The notes below the pieces were generated by a model. The model did no database searches, was not told where the DNA came from, and saw nothing but the letters and a program-made list of their open reading frames with translations. Below, piece after piece: positions 41,941 through 51,552 of a stretch of DNA of 64,000 nt. This DNA comes from Gemmatimonadota bacterium (GTDB lineage Bacteria > Gemmatimonadota > Gemmatimonadetes > Longimicrobiales > Gaopeijiaceae). Positions within the stretch are counted from its first letter, which is position 1. Each line of letters opens with the position of its first letter. The DNA is taken from NCBI GenBank assembly GCA_034521595.1, contig JAXHMG010000003.1, positions 896,001 through 960,000 of the forward strand. The letters run 5' to 3'. Both the position numbers and the translations under genes were made by a program.

Positions 41941-43542
41941 CTAGTTTCCGATTTCGGTGACGAGCCTGTCGCTGGGCTCTTCGTCCGTCGTGGTCCCTGG
42001 GGACCTCCCGTCCCCTCCCGACGTTCCGCGGGATAGATCTTCCGTATGTGCGTCGGCGCCGGTTGTTCGTCTCGCAACGCCTTGAAGAGAGAGTAGCACA
42101 TGCCCAACACGACCACGGCGAACGGCAGGCCGGTGGCGATGGCCGCGGTCTGGAGCGCCATGAGCCCCCCGGTCAGGAGTAGCACGGCCGCCACCACACC
42201 TTCGAGAAGGGCCCAGAACACCCGCTGCGCGACCGGAGGATCGGGGTGCCCACCCGAGGCGAGCATATCGATCACCAGTGAGCCCGAGTCCGAGGACGTC
42301 ACGAAGAAGGCGATGATCACCGTCATCCCGAGCACGGATGTGAGACTCGCCAGGGGGAGACCCTGGAGCAGGGCGAACAACATCTCTTCGGTCCCGAGGC
42401 CGGCGAGTCCACCTTCTCCGACCAGCTCTCTGCGGAGGGCGGTGTTGCCGAACGTCGTGAGCCAGAAGGTCCCGACCGCGGCGGGCATGAACAATACACC
42501 CGCGACGAACTCCCGAATCGTGCGTCCACGGGAGATCCGTGCGATGAACATGCCCACGAAGGGAGACCATGCGATCCACCATCCCCAGTAAAAGAGGGTC
42601 CAGTTCCCCTGCCACACCCCGTCGCCCCACGTGTCGAGCCAGAAGGTCGTGGCCACTAGCGACTGCACGTAGTTGCCCGTGTTCTCCATCCAGGCCTTGA
42701 GGATGAACACCGTGGGTCCGGCGAGGAACACGAAGGCGAGCAGGACGCCGGCCACGGCCATGTTGAAGTTGGACAGCCTGCGGATCCCCTTGTCGAGCCC
42801 CAACACCACCGAGGCGGTCGCGATGAGGGTGATCCCGGCGATCAACCCGACTTGGATCGGGGTCGTGATTCCGGTGCCGAGCAGGTAGTCGAGCCCCGCG
42901 TTGACCTGCATGACCCCGAGGCCGAGCGAGGTCGCCACGCCGAAGAGGGTTCCGAAGATGGCGAGCACGTCGATGGTGTGTCCCATCGGCCCGTGAATGC
43001 GGTCACCGAGCACCGGGTAGAACGCCGAGCGGATCGAGAGGGGAAGCCCTTTGCGGAAGGAAAAATACGCGAGCGACAGGCCCACGACGATGTAGATTCC
43101 CCAGGCGTGCAGTCCCCAGTGGAAGAACGTGAGCCGCATGGCGTCCGTCGGCCGCCGCCGTGGTGCCCGCTTCCTCGATCGGCGGATCGGTCAGGTGGTA
43201 GATCGGCTCGGCGACCGAGAAGAACACCAGCCCGATGCCCATCCCCGCGCTGAACAGCATGGCGAACCAGGAGGGGTAGGAGAATTCGGGCTCGGAGTCG
43301 TCGGGCCCGAGGCGGACGCTGCCCACCGAGCTGAAGAGCAGGTACACCGAGAACGCGAGAAACACGGCGACCGACCCCACGTACAGCCAACCGAAATTCG
43401 CGACGATCCCGGACTGAATGGAGTCGAAGGCCGCGCCGGTGCTGCCGGGCGCGAAAATCCCGAATCCGAGAAAGATTCCGATGACGGTGAGCGCGGGAAA
43501 GACGACGGCGGGGCTGAAATCGAGCTGTTTTTTCCAGTCCAT
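41941..43542 (-). CDS. BCCT-family (betaine/choline/carnitine) transporter, two apparent frameshifts (~43148, ~42000)
   Basis: SWFAMLFSAGMGIGLVFFSVAEP, FHWGLHAWGIY, WTLFYWGWWIAWSPFVGMFIARISRGRTIREF, FFVTSSDSGS. Confidence 0.9.
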
Positions 43543-43834
43543 GGAATCTCCAGGACTCGAGGATTCAGTTGAGGGCGTGGCCTCGGGCCATGGTGCCGAC
43601 AGGGGCGCTTCGGGCCACGCGATCGGTCGGGTTGGGGCACGTCAGGTGATACGCACGGCGAATCCGACGGAGAAACAATAAGCGCGTGAGTTCATGATGC
43701 GAAGGAGGCCACCGGTCGGGTCGTTCCGGGCGGTGGCGTGGGAGCATGCCGGATGCCTTTCTCGTGTCGGAGGTTGCGCCACCCGACGGCACGCGGTCAT
43801 GCTCCGTTCTTCTTTCATGCCAAGGAGCACGTCC

Positions 43835-44350
43835 ATGAGCGAAACGCCGCATCGTACGATGTTGGACAGGATGCTGGGAGCGGCCCGGCTGGATGTCGCG
43901 ACATTCACCGAGGTCGAGCACGATACGACCCTCACCGGGCAGGCCGCGGGCGTGGTCGTCATCGTGGCCCTCGCCAAGGCGATCGGGGCGGTGGACGTCG
44001 GGATCGGCTCCGCCGTGGGGGCCGCGGTGGTCTCGCTCGTCGGTTGGTTGATCTGGGCCGGCGTCACCTACCTGATCGGTGACAAGGTGTTCGGGGGCAC
44101 GGCCACGTGGGGGGAGTTGCTCCGCGCGCTCGGTTTCGCCCAGGCACCGGGGGTGTTGATGGTTCTCGCCTTCCTCCCGCTCGCGGGGCTCCTCACGTTC
44201 GTCGTCGGGGTGTGGACTCTGGCCGCCGGTCTCGTGGCCATCCGGGAAGCCCTGGACATCTCCACCCTCAAGGCGCTGGGCACGGCGATCCTGGGATGGC
44301 TGGCGCTCGTGATTCCGCTGGTGCTGCTGGAGATGGTCGGTCCGGGCTAG
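43835..44350 (+). CDS. Yip1-family membrane protein
   Basis: AAGGAG RBS; RMLGAARLD..FTEVEHD..QA; LLRALGFAQAPG; about five TM helices. Confidence 0.8.
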   Translation: MSETPHRTMLDRMLGAARLDVATFTEVEHDTTLTGQAAGVVVIVALAKAIGAVDVGIGSAVGAAVVSLVGWLIWAGVTYLIGDKVFGGTATWGELLRALGFAQAPGVLMVLAFLPLAGLLTFVVGVWTLAAGLVAIREALDISTLKALGTAILGWLALVIPLVLLEMVGPG

Positions 44351-44519
44351 CGCAAGCCGGTCGACACCCTCGTGCGCACGATGAGGGTGCTCCCGGCTTG
44401 CAGACCGGGTCCACGACCGGCACGTTGGAGCGACTCAGCCGGTCCCGTCTCCACAGTCGTTCGTTCCACGGGCCGGAACATGATCCCCGTGCCCATGAGC
44501 CATGTCCCAGGAGCTGAAG

Positions 44520-45350
44520 ATGAAGGTGCTCGGTGCCCGATCTCTGGCCGCCGCGCTGGCGGCTACCGCGCTGCTGACCCTGCCACCGGGCGCTCGCGCC
44601 CAGTCGCCCCCGAGCACCGTCTTTCTCGAGGCCCTCACGTGGGTCGAGATCCAGGACCGGATCGACGACGGGGCCACGACGGTGATCGTCGCGACGGCCG
44701 GGACCGAGCAGAAAGGGCCCCACATGGTCATGGGCGAGCACAAGTACGTGCTCGAGTACACGACCGACAAGATCGCGCGGGCGCTCGGCAACGCCCTGGT
44801 CTCGCCGATCATCACCTACGTGCCCGAGGGCGATTGGGGCGACGAGCCGACGGGCCACATGCGGATGCCCGGCACGATCACCATGCCCGAGGAATGGTTC
44901 GTCGATCTCCTTCTGCACACGGGCCGGAGCCACGAGGCGTCGGGCTTCCGGGACATCGTCTTCCTCGGTGATTCGGGTGGGAACCAGAGCGGCATGGCCA
45001 CGGCCGTCGAGACGCTCAACGAGGAGTGGGCGGGGACGGGGGCTCGTGCCCACTTCATCGAGGACTACTACGGGAAGTCCGGAGACGACGCGCGGCGCTA
45101 CATCACCGAGGAGCTCGGCATTCCGGCCGAGGAGATCGGCGGGCACGCGGGCATCACGGACACCTCACAGATGTGGTTCGTGAACGAACGGCACATCCGC
45201 GAGGACGAGCTCGCCGACCGGGGCGGATTCGAAGGGTCGGGCTCGAGCGGGAACCCGACGCTCGCCTCCCCGGAGATCGGGCGCCGCATCCTCGACATCA
45301 AGATCGACAACGCGCTGGCCGAGATCCGGGCCAGCCTCTCGGACCGATAG
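44520..45350 (+). CDS. Creatininase-family protein with signal peptide
   Basis: LTWVEI, GTEQKGPHM, PGTI, GDSGGN, HAGITDTS, GNPTLAS..G. Confidence 0.85.
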   Translation: MKVLGARSLAAALAATALLTLPPGARAQSPPSTVFLEALTWVEIQDRIDDGATTVIVATAGTEQKGPHMVMGEHKYVLEYTTDKIARALGNALVSPIITYVPEGDWGDEPTGHMRMPGTITMPEEWFVDLLLHTGRSHEASGFRDIVFLGDSGGNQSGMATAVETLNEEWAGTGARAHFIEDYYGKSGDDARRYITEELGIPAEEIGGHAGITDTSQMWFVNERHIREDELADRGGFEGSGSSGNPTLASPEIGRRILDIKIDNALAEIRASLSDR

Positions 45351-45363
45351 GAGAGGAGTCAGA

Positions 45364-46245
45364 ATGAGCAGCGATCCGAAGCACGCGGTCCGAAGGGCGG
45401 CCTCCCACTTCCGCGCCGTTCCACTGTTCGCCGCGCTCGCCGCGCTGTCGATGGGCGTCGATGCCCAGGCACAAGCTCCGGACGCCGAGAGCCTGGGCGA
45501 TCCCTTCATCGAGCAGATGACCTGGACCGAGATCCGGGACGCGATGGATGCGGGCAAGACCGTCGCGATCGTTCCGGTCGGCGGCACCGAGCAGAACGGT
45601 CCGCACATGGTGATGGGCAAGCACAACTACATCATCACCCACGCGGCGGGGCTGATGGCGCGTCGGCTCGGCAATGCGTTGGTCGCACCGACGGTGGCCT
45701 GGGTGCCGGAAGGCGACTACGACTCGCCGTCCTTCGGGGACAAGCCGGGGGTGATTTCTCTTCCGTCGCCGAGCTACGACCGGTTGCTCGAGGCCGCGGC
45801 TCGGAGCCTCGCCACGCACGGGTTCACCCACGTGCTCTTCATCGGCGACAGCGGGGGTAACCAGCGCGGCATGCAGGCCGTCGCGGACCGGCTGAACGAG
45901 GAGTGGGAAGGGAGCGCGACGCAGGCCTTCGCGCTCACCGACTACTACCGGATGGGCCAGCAGTACTCCCGCGTGTGGGTCCAGGCCGAGTACGGCTACG
46001 ACATGGAGACGATCGGCAGCCATGCGGGGATCACCGACACCTCGGCGGTCATGTACGTGTTTCCCGCCGGCGTGCGCAACGACCTGCGCATGCCGGGAGG
46101 TGGCGATCCGGACGCCGGGGTGACCGGCGATCCGACGCTCGCCACGCCCGAGATCGGCAAGATGGTCGTCGAGTTCAAGGTGCTCGCCGGGCTCGAGCAG
46201 TACCGGGAGCTTTCCGAGGAGACGGGGGGCAGGGGCGGCCGCTAG
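45364..46245 (+). CDS. Creatininase-family protein with signal peptide (paralog)
   Basis: MTWTEI, GGTEQNGPHM, GDSGGN, HAGITDTS, GDPTLAT..G. Confidence 0.85.
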   Translation: MSSDPKHAVRRAASHFRAVPLFAALAALSMGVDAQAQAPDAESLGDPFIEQMTWTEIRDAMDAGKTVAIVPVGGTEQNGPHMVMGKHNYIITHAAGLMARRLGNALVAPTVAWVPEGDYDSPSFGDKPGVISLPSPSYDRLLEAAARSLATHGFTHVLFIGDSGGNQRGMQAVADRLNEEWEGSATQAFALTDYYRMGQQYSRVWVQAEYGYDMETIGSHAGITDTSAVMYVFPAGVRNDLRMPGGGDPDAGVTGDPTLATPEIGKMVVEFKVLAGLEQYRELSEETGGRGGR

Positions 46246-46280
46246 CCGACCCACCCGGGCATCGCCCCCGCCTCCCGGTC

Positions 46281-49200
46281 TCAACCCCCGCCGGGCCGCC
46301 GGTACCGCACCGGCGGCGCCGGCTCGTCCTCCAGCGTCACGCCTTCCGTCTCGAGGAGCCGGAGCGCTTCCTCCACGGCCCGCTCGAGCTGGGGATCGCC
46401 GCCGGCGATCACCGGAGCGGGATCGTTGCGTACCGCGATGTCCGGCGCCACACCGGTGCCCTCGACCGCCCATTCCCCGTCGACATCGAAGAACCCGCCC
46501 CGCGGCGCCACGAAGCCGCCGCCGTCGATGAGGGGTGGCGTGTCCCACGTGCCGACGAGACCGCCCCAGGTGGTGGTGCCGACGAGCGGGCCGACCTCCT
46601 TGAAGCGGAACAGGTAGGGGAGGAGGTCGCCGCCGGAGCCGGCCCGCTCGTTGATGACCATGACCTTCGGTCCCCAGAGGCCCGCCATGGGCTGGGTCCA
46701 GGGCTTCCGGTCGCCGGCGCGGGAGTTGAAGTAGCCGGTGAGCTCACGGTCGAGCACATCGACGATGTAGTCGGCGGCCGAGCCCCCTCCGTTGTTGCGC
46801 TCGTCGATCACGGCCCCCTCCCGGTCCTGCTGGGCGAAATACATCCGGTTGAAATAGTCGTAGCCGCCCTGGCCGGTGTTGGGGAGCCACACGTAGGCCA
46901 GGCGGCCGTCGCTCATCTCGTCGACCCTGCGCTGGTTCTCGGCGACCCATGCCCACCGACGGAGCCCGCCCTCGCTGCCGATGGGCTCCACGTCGAGGGT
47001 TCTCGCGTCGGCCATGGACGTCGTCGGTCCGACCGTGACGGTGATCGTCCGGCCCTCCGTGCCTTCGAGCAGCCGGAAGGGGTTGGTCGGCGCGGTGAGC
47101 TCCCGCCCGTCGATGGCGAGGAGCCAATCGCCCTCCTCGACTCCGAGCCCGGGGAGGGACAGCGGCCCGTCCAGGCCGGGCGTCCAGTCCTCCCCCGTGT
47201 AGATGCGGGTGATCCGGTAGAACCCGTCGTCTTCCTCGAGATCGACGCCGAGCAGGCCGGTCGCCGGGTCGTCGAGCTCGGGGTAGTCGCCGCCCCGCAC
47301 GTAGGAGTGCCCGACCGCGATCTCGCCCGACATCATGTCGAGCAGGTGGTTGAAGTCCGAGCGATGCTCCACGTCCGGGAGCCACGCCGAGTACCAGTCC
47401 CACACGTCGTCCCACGGCGCGCCGTGCTGGTTGTCGACGTACAGGAAGTCGCGCATGAACCGCCATCCGTCGCGGAGCATCTGCCCCCACTCCGCTTCGG
47501 GCTCGACGCGGACCCTCATGTCGTCGAGCGCGATCCGGCCCTCCTCGTCCGACGGCGGGGCGTCCGTGCCCACGATGCGCCAGGTGTCGCCGCTCCGGAG
47601 CAGGACCCGGCTCCGGTCGTGAGAGACGGCGGTAATGCCGATCTCGGTCGCGAACTCCTCGGCCTCGCGGTCCTCGAGCACGTAGCGGTGGAGGGTGGAC
47701 CCGGGGCCGTCGGTCGACTCCAGCACGAAGACGCTGCCGGCCGGACCGGGCTCCAGCCCGCCGTAGTCCTCGACCGGCAGGCCGGGGGCGTCGACGATGC
47801 GGCGGGCAATGCCGTCGAAGTCGATCTCGACGTCCGGGGGCGGTGCGTCCGTCGTGTCGTCTTCGGGTTCCGCCGTGTCTCCGGCGGCGTCCTCACGGCC
47901 CTCCTCGTCGCTCCGGGGCAGGAACGGGGACGCGACGTCTTCGTTCAGGAGGGTCACGTAGAGGGCACGGGTGACCGGTCGGTCGTACGAGCTCATGTCG
48001 AGCCAACCCGGTGTTCAACCCGTAGTCGGTCGATGCCAGGAAATAGAGGTATTCCCCGTCTTCGTCCCAGACCGGATCGATGGCGTCGGCCATCCCGTCG
48101 GTCATCCGGCGGGTATCGCCGGTCTCGGTGTCGTGCACGACGATGGCGCGGAGCTGGGTGTCGAGCCGGCGCGCGTACGCGATCCACCGGGAGTCCGGAG
48201 ACCATACGGGGTTCATCGTGCGCTCGGGGTGCGCGTAGCCGTCGGTGTCGACGTGGGTGAGCTCGCCGGACGCCACGTCCAGCACGAGGACGCGGTAGTG
48301 CGTGTCGGTGAACGCGAGCTTGGAGCCGTCGGGCGACCACTCGGGGACGAAGTAATACGAAGGATCCTCGAGCGGGATGCGGCGCGGCTCCGAGCCGTCC
48401 TGGTTGGCGACGACGAGCCCGTACTCCCCGTCCTCGTCGTTGAACCAGGCGACGCGCTCACCGTCGGGAGACCAGACCGGATGGCGATCGGCGACGCCGG
48501 GCGAGCGCGTCAGGTTCCGCCAGGACCCCTCCTCGGCCGGTACCGTAAACACCTCGCCGCGCCACTCGAAGAGCGCCCGGGCTCCGGTGGGCGAGAGACG
48601 CGCGTCCCGGAGCTGGGTGGGCGGCACGTCTTCCCACCGCGGCCGTGCCCAGCTCTGGTCCCGCGCGGCCCGAATCTCGAGCTGACGGGTGGTCCCGGTC
48701 GCGGGGTCGAGCTCGTGCAGGTACCCGGCCTGCTCGTAGACCACGACTCCGTCCCCCGCGCCGAGGCTCTTCACGTCGAAGTCCGCGTGACGGGTGAGCT
48801 GCCGCTCCTCGCCCGTCTCGGGATCGAACGACCAGACGTTGGCCGCCCAGTCCCGCTCCGACATGTAATAGACCCGCCCGTCCAGCCACACCGGCGCGAG
48901 GTGCCGCTCGCCCTCCCAGGGCGCGGTCGTCCGCGCCCACGTGTCGGTCGAGACCACGGCCACCGGTTGCGCCTGTCCGCCCCGGTAGTTCCGCCACTCC
49001 GGGTCCCACAGGCCGATCTCCTGATAGGCGATGTGGGCGCCGTCCGCGCTCATCTCCCCTTCGTAGGCCTGCGGGAGCTCGAGGGGCTCGGGCAGACCGC
49101 CCTCCCTCCCGACGCTGTAGAGCTTCCACTGACGCGTCGGCACCCCTTCGCGGCCCGACCGGAAGAGCACCCTCCCGTCCGGCGTCCAGCCCTGCACCGC

Positions 49201-49560
49201 GTCTTCACCCGGATGCCACGTGAGCCGCTCGGGCTGCCCGCCCGCCGCCGACACCACGTAAACATCGGCGTTGCCCCCGTACTCGCCCGTGAACGCGATC
49301 CAGTCGCCGTCGGGGCTGAAGTGCGGACCGGTCTCGGCCCCTTCCGAGCTCGTGATCCGGAGCGCGTCGCCGCCCTCCCGCCCGACCGTCCAGATGTCGT
49401 TGGCGTGCACGAACGCGATCCGCTCGGCGCTCACGTCCGGCTCGCGCAGGAAGCGGGTGCCCTGCGCGGACGCGAGCGAGGGGACGAGGGCCAGGGCGCA
49501 CATGGTGCCGGCCACGAGCCACGATGGGTTGGGGTCTTGGCGGAAAGCTCTCGCGAGCAT
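46281..49560 (-). CDS. Tricorn-type S41 peptidase (one apparent frameshift at ~48007)
   Basis: PD40/beta-propeller repeats (WSPDG), PDZ domain, IDERNNGGG, AGSGGD, TWGG; frame break GLNTG|WLDMSS. Confidence 0.92.
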
Positions 49561-49665
49561 GGCGGACTCCCTCGAGACGGTCGGGAATGCAATGGGCGGA
49601 TACACAGCGGCAGATTACGGGTCGGGACGCGGATGCGCCACGTGGATGCGCCGCTCGATCTCCGC

Positions 49666-50601
49666 CTACGCCCCCAGCAGCACCAACAGCACCGAGATGG
49701 TCACCACGGCGAAGAGCGACGAGAGCAGGACCGTCCGCGCCGCGACGCCGGCCGCGGCGTGGTACCGCTCCCCGAAGAGGTAGGTGTTCACCGCGGTCGG
49801 CATGGCCGCGAGCATGACCGCGACCGAGACCCAGAGCCCCTCGAGTCCGAGGAGCGGCACGGCCAGAACCCACACGAGAAGGGGATGGACGAGGAGCTTC
49901 ACGACCGTGAGAAGGAGCGCGGGGACGTGGTCGCCGCGGGCCGGCGTGGCGACGAGCGACGCGCCCATGGCGAAGAGCGCCGTGGGGATCGCGGCCGAGC
50001 CCATCATCTCGACGATCGTGTCGATGCCCGAAGGGAGCGCGAGCCCGGTCAGGTTCACGGCGAACCCCGCGAGTAGCCCGATGACGATCGGGTTGCGGAG
50101 CACCGCACCGCCCACTTCGGCGAGCTGCGCGGACCATGACACCCGGTCACCGCGCCCTGCGTGGATCAGCGCGACCGTGAGCGGCATGAAGGTGATCGAG
50201 TGGAATCCGATGATGACGAACATCGGGAGGGACGCCTCCGGGCCGAACGCCGTGAGGATGACCGGCACGCCGAGCAGCACGAGGTTGGCGAACGCTCCCG
50301 ACATGCCGAAGATGGCCTGTTCCGCCAGATCCCGCCCGAAAAGGAAGCGTCCGAGCGCCATGCTCAGCCCGTACGCAGCCGCGCTTCCGACGTAGAAGGC
50401 GACCAGGAAGCCCCAGGCCACGTCTTCGGGGAAGTCGAGATCCGCGAGGCTTCCGAAGAGCAGGATGGGGATCGCGAAGTTGAAGACGAAGAGCACGAGC
50501 CCGCGGATGCTCGACTCGTCCAGCACGCGGAACCGGGCGGCGGCGAAGCCGAGCGCCATGATCCCGAAGACCGGGGCGACGGTGGAAAGGAGGATGCTCA
50601 C
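49666..50601 (-). CDS. AEC-family (auxin efflux carrier-like) transporter
   Basis: FVFNFAIP, N..LLGVP, NPIVIG, KLLVHP, AAMPTAVN. Confidence 0.9.
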   Translation of the reverse strand: MSILLSTVAPVFGIMALGFAAARFRVLDESSIRGLVLFVFNFAIPILLFGSLADLDFPEDVAWGFLVAFYVGSAAAYGLSMALGRFLFGRDLAEQAIFGMSGAFANLVLLGVPVILTAFGPEASLPMFVIIGFHSITFMPLTVALIHAGRGDRVSWSAQLAEVGGAVLRNPIVIGLLAGFAVNLTGLALPSGIDTIVEMMGSAAIPTALFAMGASLVATPARGDHVPALLLTVVKLLVHPLLVWVLAVPLLGLEGLWVSVAVMLAAMPTAVNTYLFGERYHAAAGVAARTVLLSSLFAVVTISVLLVLLGA

Positions 50602-50748
50602 GGGCGCAGGGGTCGCGGAGGACGGGGACGTGCGGATGGGACGGGCGCAGATGAAGCGCGGAAGCCGGAAAACACACGCGGAGGCTCGCCGAGGTCAAGC
50701 GGCGTGGGCTGGGGCGTGGCTTCGCGAGGCACCTGCCGAAGCCGGCCC

Positions 50749-51108
50749 TCACTCCAGCCAGGTCGTCTCGTCCCCGAGGTTGATCGCGAGGTGCTCACCC
50801 TTGGCCCCGGACGGTGCGCCGTGCCAGTGGTCCTCGTCGGGCTCCACCACGACCACGTCGCCGGCCTCCAACAGGATCCGTTCGCCCTCGCGGTTCACGA
50901 CCACGCACGAACCGGCGAGCCCGATGAGGATCTGCTCTGCGTCGTGGCGGTGCCAACCCATGCGGGCGCCGGGTTCGAAGCCCACGCGGTAGATGCGTAC
51001 CGGCAGGTCGTCCTCCCGGCCGATCAGGGCCTGGGTGAAGGCGGGCAGCACGAAGTGGGTCGGGTCGGCCTCTTTCGGGGGTCGGCTCGCTCCGGGGATG
51101 AATCGCAT
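50749..51108 (-). CDS. Cupin-domain protein
   Basis: FEPGARMGWHRH..Q.L..G; HWHGA; HLAI; TWLE. Confidence 0.88.
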   Translation of the reverse strand: MRFIPGASRPPKEADPTHFVLPAFTQALIGREDDLPVRIYRVGFEPGARMGWHRHDAEQILIGLAGSCVVVNREGERILLEAGDVVVVEPDEDHWHGAPSGAKGEHLAINLGDETTWLE

Positions 51109-51217
51109 GGGTCGCCCGTGTTATCGTGGATGGGTGTTCGTATACCTTGCCGCCGCCGAGGCCCGCGCGCCATGGGGGTATGGGCCGACGGACCGCAACC
51201 ACTCCGAGGAGGCGTCG

Positions 51218-51442
51218 ATGACCGAGCCGGCTCCCTCCGGGTGGACTTGGGGCCCTTCAAGCGCGACCGAGTGGCTCGCGGAATGGCTGGATCGCGGGCT
51301 CAACCGGGACATCTCCGAGGAGCTGCGCGTGGCGGGGCGGGTCGGCTCGATCACGCCCCAGTCGGTGCACGCGCTGCGAGACCATCTACTGGTCCGGATC
51401 GCCGCGCGTGCCGAGGCGGAGGTGTACGTCACGGATCCCTGA
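51218..51442 (+). CDS. Small hypothetical protein
   Basis: GAGGAGG RBS before ATG 51218; GC3-rich codons. Confidence 0.5.
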   Translation: MTEPAPSGWTWGPSSATEWLAEWLDRGLNRDISEELRVAGRVGSITPQSVHALRDHLLVRIAARAEAEVYVTDP

Positions 51443-51552
51443 CATCGGGGGTGTCGAGGGCGGACCCTCGTGGGCGCTCCGCCGGATGAAGCGCGGACCG
51501 CCGACGGCGCCCCCCTGAGCGATCCTCGCATGCATCGGGGTGTATCTGCGTC

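Noticed and set aside
43545-43830. Riboswitch or ncRNA upstream of the BCCT gene
   Set aside because: I recognise no aptamer consensus; an Rfam/Infernal scan would be needed to exclude one.
43140-48010. Programmed frameshifting in the BCCT (~43148) and tricorn (~48007) genes
   Set aside because: Single-base indels with no slippery heptamer, in otherwise conserved genes near an error-rich region; sequencing or consensus error is more parsimonious.
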